A stretch of DNA of 64,000 bases from an uncultured Pseudomonadota bacterium (GTDB lineage: Bacteria > Oederibacteriota > Muellerivitia > Muellerivitales > Muellerivitaceae). The notes below the pieces were generated by a model. The model was not told the origin of the DNA. It did not search any database and was given only the letters and a program-made list of their open reading frames with translations. Numbering within the stretch: position 1 is the first letter of the stretch; each line of letters begins with the position of its first letter. This document shows positions 56,183-64,000 of the stretch, piece by piece. Both the position numbers and the translations under genes were made by a program. The DNA is taken from the NCBI GenBank assembly GCA_963836235.1, contig CAWIIP010000002.1:1824001-1888000 (forward strand). Reading direction: 5' to 3'.

Positions 56183-56718
56183 GATCCGAGGTTCCTTACG
56201 GCCAAGATGGGGTTGTGAGCGCCCGCCGGATCGAGCCAAAGGCGGATTTCCACGGGTTCCGAATCCACCGTCACCGCGCAAAAAGCGTGGGACTCGGCCA
56301 TCGGCGGCCGGTCTTTCGGTTCACAAGGCCGGGCCAGAATGGGACCCAGGCTGAAAGCGTCATCCATCCAGATCGATTGAATTAAAAAGAGAGAGAAAAG
56401 GGACGCCATTTCTCCGAAGAGGGCGGCCTTGTTCGGAAAATCCTTATCCCGATCTTGGAAACCTTCCATCAGTTTGTCCAAAAGACGGTTTGAGCAGCGG
56501 ATGGTCAAGGCCCCTTTGACCGAACCATTCCATCGAACGATGAATTCGACCGGCTTCAGCGCGGGGAGAACCGGCACCCTATCCGAGATATCGGTCCCAA
56601 GACGGCTCCAGTAGGCCATAAATTCCCGGAAGAGAACCTTTAATTCGAGTGTTCGTGGAAAGGTGAGGGGAATCCGGTGTGTGAGCGCGTCGGAAAGCAG
56701 GTTGGTTGGCATTTTCAT
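56179..56718 (-). CDS. Divergent CheX-like protein 1
   Basis: V.WNGSVKGALTIR..LFGEMASLF..C.VTVD.EPVEIRLW. Confidence 0.55.
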   Translation of the reverse strand: MKMPTNLLSDALTHRIPLTFPRTLELKVLFREFMAYWSRLGTDISDRVPVLPALKPVEFIVRWNGSVKGALTIRCSNRLLDKLMEGFQDRDKDFPNKAALFGEMASLFSLFLIQSIWMDDAFSLGPILARPCEPKDRPPMAESHAFCAVTVDSEPVEIRLWLDPAGAHNPILAVRNLGS

Positions 56719-56753
56719 TCTCCCTTGGGTTGAAGGACTCATGCCTTATTCAT

Positions 56754-56769
56754 CGCAAGAGTGGTGCCA
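56754..56769 (-). promoter_or_regulatory. Sigma54 -24/-12 promoter
   Basis: Minus strand reads TGGCACcactcTTGCg. Confidence 0.85.
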
Positions 56770-56996
56770 AAAAGAATTCAAGGTTCAATCGATTTACCGG
56801 GGAAGGAGCCGCCTTAAAAAGCGTTTTCTTTTCCCACGCGGGTAAAAAAGACGCAGGAGGTTTTCAAAGGTTTGGGGTGAAACCGAAAACTTATTGTTGG
56901 TGGGGAGATGAGGATGGATTGGAGCTATTCACGAAGAAGAGATCCCGCTTTTCAGGGAGACAAACTTCAAGATTCTTGGAGATAACAGCATTTTGT

Positions 56997-57830
56997 TCAG
57001 GCCAGCATCCAAACCGCGACCGAGGCGGCCAAGCAGTAGAAACCAAACCAGGGCCAGCGGCCCCTTTCCAACCAACTGGAAAGCCACTTCAAAGCCAGGA
57101 GGCCGGCCAGGAAGCTGAAGGCCATGCCCAAAAATCCAGGGGAAAAGAGGCCGATCTTTTCTCCCAAGGAGAGGCCGGAAAAGGCGTGGGCCTTCATCAG
57201 GCGGTGAATTTCCTTCCAATCTGCGGCGGGCGTCAAAACGACCGCCAGGGCGAAACTGAAATCCTCCGCTTTGGCTTTGGCTAGGCCGAGGATCAGCCCG
57301 GTGGAAATGGTGGCGCCGGAGCGGGAAAAACCGCGGAAAGGGAGGCAAAGCCCCTGGACCAGGCCGATCCAGAGGGATTCCTTCGGCCCTAGCCCTTTTT
57401 TCCCACGGGAGGTTTCCTGGAAGCCGGAAGCGAAAAGGATCAGGCAACCGGCGGCCCCCAGGGAAACGGAAATCAGCTTGAGATTGCCGAAGATCGTTTC
57501 CACATCGGCCTGGACCAGCTTTTCAATCAGGACCGTCAAGCCACCGCCCAGCAGGGCGGTGGCCAGGGTCGCCAGGAAGACCTGCTTGCCGAAGGCCAGG
57601 GTATCGGAAACAGATTGGAAATAGCGGGACCGCCAATTTTTCCAAAAATAAAAAAGCACGGCGAACATGGTTCCGGTATGGAGCATGACTAATAGAAGGG
57701 TCATTTCCGGGGAGGTGGGATCCATGCCCATTAACTTTTCCGCGACGATGACGTGGGCGGAACTGGAAATCGGTAGTAGTTCGGCGAATCCCTGAACTAA
57801 AGCCAAGACTAAGATTTGAAGTAAATGCAT
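56997..57830 (-). CDS. uppP: Undecaprenyl-diphosphate phosphatase
   Basis: QGFAELLPISSSAH, GFSRSGATI. Confidence 0.93.
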   Translation of the reverse strand: MHLLQILVLALVQGFAELLPISSSAHVIVAEKLMGMDPTSPEMTLLLVMLHTGTMFAVLFYFWKNWRSRYFQSVSDTLAFGKQVFLATLATALLGGGLTVLIEKLVQADVETIFGNLKLISVSLGAAGCLILFASGFQETSRGKKGLGPKESLWIGLVQGLCLPFRGFSRSGATISTGLILGLAKAKAEDFSFALAVVLTPAADWKEIHRLMKAHAFSGLSLGEKIGLFSPGFLGMAFSFLAGLLALKWLSSWLERGRWPWFGFYCLAASVAVWMLA

Positions 57831-58036
57831 TTTTTTCTTTATCGTTAAGGATTGAGCGACAGGGGCACTATTTCACCCTGAAAGGGTAAAAGCGCAAAGC
57901 GAAATCATTTCAAAATTGACATTGAAAACTTGACAGATATCCGCTTTCTAGGCGTTTTTTTAAGGCCCATGTTAACAAAAGGTGAAATATCGCCTCAAGT
58001 CCTTACGGGGTCCTTTACAGGAGGTTCCTGCTGAAA

Positions 58037-59053
58037 TTAAATAGCTCCCGCCGATTTCCGCCATTGGTCGAGCACCTTCATGTTGCCAAGGGTGTCGGCC
58101 AAGGTCATGGCGGGAGATTCCTTGCGTCCCGCCCGCAGAGCAGCGCCCACGGTATCCGCTTCCACGGCATAGAGCATGCGGTCACAATGCACGGACAATT
58201 TCCGGGGTTTCTTTTCGTTTTTCTTTTGGACCAGGATATACGAAACTCCGCCGCCCCACCGGGCGAACCAGGGGGAGGGCACGGTTATCGTTCCCTTGGA
58301 TCCGTCGATTTTTACCATGGACTGCCCGCGATTGACCCGGATGGCGCAGGAAAGCTCGGCCAGGATGCCGCCGGGAAACTTGAGCGAGGCGAGGGCGATT
58401 TCATCCACGCGGCTTCGGGAGCCCATGACGGCGGTGCCCTTCACTTCCAGCGGTTCGGCGAAGGGTTTCCCCAAGGAGGCGCCCGCGATCAGCCGGGTCA
58501 TGGAAACGGGGTAACAACCGATGTCCAGGATGCCCCCGCCGCCCAGGCGGCGGTTGAAGAGGCGGTGTTTCAAGTCCACCGGGGCGTCAAAACAAAAAGC
58601 GGCCTGGATCAGGCGGACCTCCCCGATGACTTTTTTACGGATGAGCTCCAACAGTTTGGCGGTCTGGGGGTGACAGCGGTACATGAAAGCTTCCATCAGG
58701 AACACCCGGTGGCGGCGGGCCGCCTGGACCACCCGGACCGTGTCCCGGTAATTCATGGTCAGCGGCTTTTCGCAAAGAACATGTTTGCCCGCTTTCGCGG
58801 CTTTGAGGGCCCATTCGGCGTGCATCGGATGGGGCGTGGCGATATAGACGGCTTCCACGGAAGGGTCTTTCAAGAGGTCGCCGTAAGTTCCATAGGCCTT
58901 GGGGATTTTATACCGGCGTGCGAATTTTTGGGCCGGCCGGATCGAGCGGCTGGCCACCGCCGCCAAGCGGCCGGTCCGGGAAGCGGCCACCCCGCGAGCG
59001 AAGATTTTCGCGATATGGCCGGTGGTCAATATTCCCCATTGGATAGGTTTCAT
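58037..59053 (-). CDS. Gfo/Idh/MocA oxidoreductase
   Basis: WGIL.TG.IA, HVLCEKP, GGGILDIGCY. Confidence 0.93.
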   Translation of the reverse strand: MKPIQWGILTTGHIAKIFARGVAASRTGRLAAVASRSIRPAQKFARRYKIPKAYGTYGDLLKDPSVEAVYIATPHPMHAEWALKAAKAGKHVLCEKPLTMNYRDTVRVVQAARRHRVFLMEAFMYRCHPQTAKLLELIRKKVIGEVRLIQAAFCFDAPVDLKHRLFNRRLGGGGILDIGCYPVSMTRLIAGASLGKPFAEPLEVKGTAVMGSRSRVDEIALASLKFPGGILAELSCAIRVNRGQSMVKIDGSKGTITVPSPWFARWGGGVSYILVQKKNEKKPRKLSVHCDRMLYAVEADTVGAALRAGRKESPAMTLADTLGNMKVLDQWRKSAGAI

Positions 59054-59064
59054 TTTTCCCCCTG

Positions 59065-60552
59065 TCAGCGAACGATCGCGAATTTTTCGGGCTTCAACCG
59101 GCGGCTGCCTGAAGCGGAGTCCAACTGGAAGAAATAGTAATAAACCCCGTGGGACCATCCCGAAACCTGCAGGACAAAGTCGTTGGGCCCCTGAGTCGCG
59201 GAAAAGGAGGCCCGGCCTACCTTTTCGCCCGCCGTATTGTAGATAAGAAGGGTGGCCTGGGCCGCTTCGCAAAGGTGCAGGTGTATTTTCAGGGTGTTTC
59301 CAACGATGGGATTGGGATAGGCGTAACTTTCATCGCAAGGAACGTCGGGCGCAGCGGATGTGCTGGTGGACAGGGTCGCGGTTGGCGTAAAAGAGGCGGT
59401 GGGAGTGGCGCTGTTGGTAGGCGTGGGCGTGACGGTTGGGCTGGCGGTGACCGTGAAGGTAGGAGTGAGGGTGGTGGTTGAGGTTGGGGTGAAAGTGGCC
59501 GTCGGTGTAAAAGTTGGGGTTGGAGTAGCGCTGTTGGTGGAGGTGGGCGTGACGGTTGGAGTGTTAGTGACCGTGGGAGTGGCGGTGGCCAGGGAGGAGG
59601 TTCCGCATCCCTGAAGAACGGTTACCGATCCGCCATTAAACATGCTGACGAAGGGTTGTCCCAGATCGTTCACCGCGACGCTCCAAATGCCCAGGGCGGG
59701 GAAGGGACATTGCTTTTCAACGCTGAAATCCGAGCTGAACTCGTCCAAATATTCGGGTCCGCTTCCGTTGTTGTCTTCCACCACGTAGATATTTCCGGCT
59801 GAATCGGTTCGCAAGCCGGAAGGATAGAGGAGATTGGTCAAGACGGTCACGGGTATGGGATTAGGGGGGCTCGTATTGAATTTCACGATTTGAAAATTGT
59901 AATTATCCGCTACATAAAGCCAATTACCAATTTTTGCCATATTGTCGGGGTTGTTCAATGTTCCGGGACTCCCATAGGTGGCCGCCGCTGCGTAGACGGT
60001 CGTACTGCCGTTGTATTGGAGTATTTGCCCGTTTTGGGTCGAAAGATAAACCGAGGAGGTGTCCGCCCAAACTCCGTTAGCGGTCACTCCCGCCGGTCCG
60101 ATGGCCCCTAAAAAAGTGAAATTGGAGCTAAATTTTTTAAGCGGCTGGGGTGCCCCGAGATCCGCGATAAAAAGATTGCCGTTGGCGTCCACCGCGACGT
60201 CGATAGGATTCGTAAAGGTTACCCCCGAATTAGCGCCGTTTAAAATCGTCAGCGGACTTTCGGTATCGCTGTTGAAAACCTGTATCTGTTGGTTGCCGAA
60301 ATCGGCCACGTAGAGGCGTAAGTTGGGGTAGTCAATGGCCATTCCGGCGGAGCCTAAGAAACCCGTGATTTGAGTGAGGCCCTGGCAGCAGGTGACGGTG
60401 GTTGTCGGAGTCGGGGTGAAAGACGGGACCTGGGCAAAGAGGGGGGAAGAGACCAGAAGAAAGGAAAGGAAAAAAAATAATTTAATCAAAGGGACCTCAA
60501 AGATAAGAGACTTCAATAAAAGCCAATTCAAACTCATTCCAAAAAAAGCCAC
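59065..60552 (-). CDS. Secreted NHL-like propeller + Thr/Pro linker + YPNP Ig-like C-terminal domain
   Basis: YVAD repeats; TPT repeats; [20 protein letters not shown]; true start may be downstream. Confidence 0.8.
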   Translation of the reverse strand: MAFFGMSLNWLLLKSLIFEVPLIKLFFFLSFLLVSSPLFAQVPSFTPTPTTTVTCCQGLTQITGFLGSAGMAIDYPNLRLYVADFGNQQIQVFNSDTESPLTILNGANSGVTFTNPIDVAVDANGNLFIADLGAPQPLKKFSSNFTFLGAIGPAGVTANGVWADTSSVYLSTQNGQILQYNGSTTVYAAAATYGSPGTLNNPDNMAKIGNWLYVADNYNFQIVKFNTSPPNPIPVTVLTNLLYPSGLRTDSAGNIYVVEDNNGSGPEYLDEFSSDFSVEKQCPFPALGIWSVAVNDLGQPFVSMFNGGSVTVLQGCGTSSLATATPTVTNTPTVTPTSTNSATPTPTFTPTATFTPTSTTTLTPTFTVTASPTVTPTPTNSATPTASFTPTATLSTSTSAAPDVPCDESYAYPNPIVGNTLKIHLHLCEAAQATLLIYNTAGEKVGRASFSATQGPNDFVLQVSGWSHGVYYYFFQLDSASGSRRLKPEKFAIVR

Positions 60553-60613
60553 CCGATTGCGAATAGTTTACCCCGGTTGAGGAGCCGGATGGGATTTTGA
60601 CGGCTATTTTATC

Positions 60614-61111
60614 TTAAAGAACCAGTTCCATATGGTAATCATCCATGACGAAACCGTTCCCAATGTCCGTTACCCGGGGGCCGGTGATCCGAAATCCCAG
60701 CCTTTGGTAGATTCCCACTGAGGGATTTCGCTTGTGCACGGTCAGGGTGATTTTGGAAAGGCCCCGCTCTTGGGAAAAGGATTTAAGCCATTCGAGCAAA
60801 GGGCGGCTAAAGCCCTTCCCCCTCGCATCTTTTAAAAGGTAAAGCTTGCTCAAAAAAAGCTCGGTCCCACGGGGCTGGATGGCCATGTAACCGATATCCC
60901 CGTTTTCTTTATTTTGGATTAAATAGTAAAGAAAGCCTTCTTGCAGTTGGGCCAGGACGGCCTTTTTCGATTGGAATTTTTCCAGCATATAGGCCACTTG
61001 GGCCTCGCCAATAATGGGGGCGTAATATTCTGGCCAGATTTTTCCAGCGAGGGATTCAATGGCGGCCACCAGGGGCTCATGGACGGCAGCAATGAGGTGA
61101 AGGTCTTCCAT
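60614..61111 (-). CDS. GNAT acetyltransferase
   Basis: LSKLYL...RGKG, Y..LGF, MDDY. Confidence 0.9.
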   Translation of the reverse strand: MEDLHLIAAVHEPLVAAIESLAGKIWPEYYAPIIGEAQVAYMLEKFQSKKAVLAQLQEGFLYYLIQNKENGDIGYMAIQPRGTELFLSKLYLLKDARGKGFSRPLLEWLKSFSQERGLSKITLTVHKRNPSVGIYQRLGFRITGPRVTDIGNGFVMDDYHMELVL

Positions 61112-61139
61112 GGGATGAAAGGGAGCGGCTCGAAAAATC

Positions 61140-62198
61140 TTATGAATTTTTCGGGAGAGCCACTTGAGCTACGCGTTTTTGGGATAAATAGGGCTGGTAG
61201 TGTTTTTCGATGAATTCTTCCTTGAAATCCCGGTAGCGGTCTATTCCGCCGATCAGGTGCAGCCCCTTGATGTAAATCCAGGCGTAATCCCATTGGTTCG
61301 AAAGAAACCCCGCCCGGGCGCCATTGGGATAGAGGTGGTGGTTGTTGTGCCACTCGCCGGTGACCAAGCCCGGCCAAGCCTGGTTAATGGAAAGATCGGC
61401 TCGGTTGAAATCGACCCCGTTCCGGCGCTTGTCCTTGCCGCCGCCATGGCCGTCGAAGTTGAAGGTGCGCACGCCGACCGCCCAGAAGGCGGTCCCCCCA
61501 AAAAGGGTCGCGACGAGGGGCATGCCCCCCATCCAGTAAAAAATCGCGAACCAAAAAACCCAATTCGTCACGAAGTCCAGGAAGGTCCAGAAGGGATGGG
61601 TAATGGAGCCCCATTTCTGGTATTGATCATAGCTGTTCACGCGGACGCCCATGTGGGCGATCAGGTTGGCGGTTTTGGCGTATTCTTCCCGGGAAAAGTC
61701 CCTGGAGATGGCCTGGTGGTTGACGTCGGCCAGGAAGCAATAAAGCCACCCGCCGTACACGTTGTAGGGGTCGCCGGGTTTTTCCGAAAGGTAGTGGTGG
61801 ACATGGTGGGAAACCACATAGGCCTCTTCCGAGATGGTCTTGACCACCAGGCTTCTCGTGAAGAAGAGCCAGAACTTGTTGCTGAAGGTGAAGGCGTTAT
61901 GGGAACCGTAGCGGTGCAGGTAAATGGTGCCGTGAGTACCCAGGACCACCATGCTATAGAGGAACCCGATGATGAAAAGCTTCACGGTGATGTAATGGAA
62001 CAAAAACAAGAAGAAGAAAGGGGCGAAAAGAACGATCACTGTCCAGCTGAAAAGAGGAAGCCAGTTTTTTTTGGATTTGAAGATGTTCAAACGGGTGAAG
62101 AATTCCTTGTAAATTTCACCGTGGGTCGGGACATACAACTTTTGCTCCCGGGCCCAACCATAGGAAGGCGGGTCCAAAACATTATCAAGAAAGGCCAT
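61140..62198 (-). CDS. Membrane fatty acid desaturase
   Basis: His boxes HRYGSH, HHVHH, HNNHH. Confidence 0.9.
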   Translation of the reverse strand: MAFLDNVLDPPSYGWAREQKLYVPTHGEIYKEFFTRLNIFKSKKNWLPLFSWTVIVLFAPFFFLFLFHYITVKLFIIGFLYSMVVLGTHGTIYLHRYGSHNAFTFSNKFWLFFTRSLVVKTISEEAYVVSHHVHHYLSEKPGDPYNVYGGWLYCFLADVNHQAISRDFSREEYAKTANLIAHMGVRVNSYDQYQKWGSITHPFWTFLDFVTNWVFWFAIFYWMGGMPLVATLFGGTAFWAVGVRTFNFDGHGGGKDKRRNGVDFNRADLSINQAWPGLVTGEWHNNHHLYPNGARAGFLSNQWDYAWIYIKGLHLIGGIDRYRDFKEEFIEKHYQPYLSQKRVAQVALPKNS

Positions 62199-62382
62199 TT
62201 GTTTTTCCGATCGACGTATAACACCGCAGGGGAGGAGTCACTCGTCATTTCAATTTAATTTAGGGATGTATTATAGCTTTTTTAAGGGCCCGGAGGTTGT
62301 TAAATCGGGGTAATGGAGGAGGAGGGAATAAAGGGTTAATATTGGGTCGTTTGTCTCCAGCCCCGCCCTGTGGGGAGCGGAA

Positions 62383-64000
62383 TCACGAAGCGAAATTTGG
62401 CGGCGGGTCCATCTCGATCTTGACCGAAACCCCCAGGGTCTCCAGGCCGCCACCCTTGAAGAGGGTGCCCGAAGTCGGGGTGGCGTCCAGATAATGGCGG
62501 CCGTTGGCCACCCGCACATGGTCCAAGCCGACGATGCTCCCGTTGGTAGGGTCGAAACCCACCCAGCCGCTTTGGGGCAGGTAGAGTTCCACCCAGGCGT
62601 GGGAAGCCTCGGACCAAATTTTATTTTCATAATTCCCGCCCGTGTAAATGTAGCCCACCCGGTAACGGGCCGGAAGGTTCAAGAGCCGCGCCATGCAGAT
62701 GAAAAGATTGGCGAAGTCCTGGCAGACGCCCTGGCGGCTGGTGTAAACCTCGAAGGGTGTGGTGGTTGTGGTGGTGGAACCGGTCACGTAGGCGTAGTCG
62801 TCGTGGATTGTCTGGTTCATGTCCAACAGGGTATCCAAGAGGTCCATGTCGTTGCGTTGGGCGAAACCCAAGGCGTAGTCGGTCAGTTCCTTCAACTGGG
62901 TTTCGGGAAGCTCAGGCGGCAAAAGAAAGGGCAGCATCATCTGGCGCTGTCCGGGCATCCAAACCAGGGGGAGGATTTCGCGCTTGGGGGCCAGGGCCAG
63001 CCAGCGGGCCGGGCCCTCGGTCAGGCGCACGCGGGAAAAGGACCGGATCACCATCTCGCTGAAGGGCTTGTCCACTTCCAGCTGAAGGGTCGAGTTGCCG
63101 AAGACATCCTGAAACTCCTGGCGCCGTCCCTCCACCGAAATCTCCAAATTGAATTCCAGCAGTTCCTGGAAGCGGTCCTGCACTGGTCTCAAGCGCAGAA
63201 GATGGGAGGACCTTTCCACCGGCATGCGGTAATGGTAGGTGGTCTCATGGCTGACGTTCATCACGCACTTGTCCATCCCCTTGCGGATGGCGGGAGGGGG
63301 CGGCACGAAGAGGGAAGTCTGCTGGGCCTGGCTTCCCACCAGGGTCCAGGTCCCGGCGATTTGGCCGGCGATGGAACTGTCGAAAAGCAGGCGGCTGTTG
63401 CGTACGGCGCGAAGGCCTCCCGGCTCCAGCGGCTGCCAGTTCTCGTTGGACAAGGGAGTACTGGAAAAAAGGTAAACCGTACGATTGGCGTCCATAGCGC
63501 TGCCCAGGTCCATGGTGAGCTTGTCGCTCTCCAGATGGCCCGGGGGATGGGGGGGAATACGGCGAAGGCCGTAAAGGCCGCCCCGGCCCTCCCGGTCGCG
63601 GTAGGCCACGTGGTTCTTGCCGTCGCTCAAAACGCAATTGATCTCGCCCAGGGCGTTGATCTCGGCGAACCAGGCTTGCAAGTCCCTCCAGGGCACGTCG
63701 GAAAGGCGCCGGGCCTGCCTCAGGAAAAGCTGGTGTAAAAACCAGCAAAAGGCGTGTTCCTGGGCCGAGGAGCCCAAGGGCTCGAAACTGGGATCGCCTC
63801 CCAGGGAAAGGGCCTTCTGAAAGTCACCCTTCAAGATGCCGTCAAAGATAAAGACGAACTGGCGGCCGCCATAACTGCGCAGGAAAGGGGGGATATTCTT
63901 GCCGGACTGGCGCTCACCGGAAATGGCAAAAAAAGAGGCGGAACGGAAACGATTCCAATCGGCCAGCACCCGCTTCAGGTCCTCGTCGCCGCTTCCCGAA
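62383..64000 (-). CDS. Class II glutamine amidotransferase-like + transglutaminase fusion (5' end outside window)
   Basis: PFLR.YGGR.F.F..DG, N.VLSDG; then HETTYHY, GVCQDFA, HAW, FDPTN. Confidence 0.85.
   Translation of the reverse strand, partial: SGSGDEDLKRVLADWNRFRSASFFAISGERQSGKNIPPFLRSYGGRQFVFIFDGILKGDFQKALSLGGDPSFEPLGSSAQEHAFCWFLHQLFLRQARRLSDVPWRDLQAWFAEINALGEINCVLSDGKNHVAYRDREGRGGLYGLRRIPPHPPGHLESDKLTMDLGSAMDANRTVYLFSSTPLSNENWQPLEPGGLRAVRNSRLLFDSSIAGQIAGTWTLVGSQAQQTSLFVPPPPAIRKGMDKCVMNVSHETTYHYRMPVERSSHLLRLRPVQDRFQELLEFNLEISVEGRRQEFQDVFGNSTLQLEVDKPFSEMVIRSFSRVRLTEGPARWLALAPKREILPLVWMPGQRQMMLPFLLPPELPETQLKELTDYALGFAQRNDMDLLDTLLDMNQTIHDDYAYVTGSTTTTTTPFEVYTSRQGVCQDFANLFICMARLLNLPARYRVGYIYTGGNYENKIWSEASHAWVELYLPQSGWVGFDPTNGSIVGLDHVRVANGRHYLDATPTSGTLFKGGGLETLGVSVKIEMDPPPNFAS

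Noticed and set aside
59370-59590. Periodic GT-rich repeats as a possible CRISPR or VNTR
   Set aside because: They encode the Thr/Pro linker; there are no identical repeats with unique spacers
1-64000. rRNA, tRNA, prophage, retron or DGR
   Set aside because: No cloverleaf, rRNA-like stretch, phage structural gene or reverse transcriptase was recognised by eye

Overview
Bacterial chromosomal window of moderately high GC, apparently from a diderm (it has beta-barrel and lipoprotein genes). Pro/Thr-rich surface proteins with a 'YPNP' C-terminal domain suggest a little-studied candidate lineage, but that is inference only. From left to right: (1) a higBA toxin-antitoxin pair with a consensus promoter/operator, sitting between duplicated pirin 5' ends; (2) a roughly 14-kb general-stress-like cluster (DoxX, BON, beta-barrel, DUF3494 ice-binding lipoprotein, LysM, AI-2E, YqjD/E-like, GlsB, lmo0937-like, cardiolipin synthase) carrying several sigma54 promoters and a duplicated bidirectional enhancer; (3) a 2-kb nested mobile island (integrase fragment, IS3, then a Y1/HUH transposase with 30-bp inverted repeats) bounded by 21-bp direct repeats; (4) a fragmented liv ABC locus interleaved with palindromic repeats; (5) an AT-rich island with an HNH-like gene, IS30 and a ParE-type TA pair; (6) housekeeping and redox genes; (7) an A1-type cytochrome c oxidase operon with frameshifted coxB; (8) an adenylate cyclase and a FecR/beta-barrel/lipoprotein triad; (9) a sigma54-driven pair of degenerate CheX-like genes; (10) a glutamine amidotransferase-transglutaminase fusion at the right edge. 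No rRNA, tRNA or CRISPR array was seen. All family calls come from recognising motifs by eye; no database search was run.
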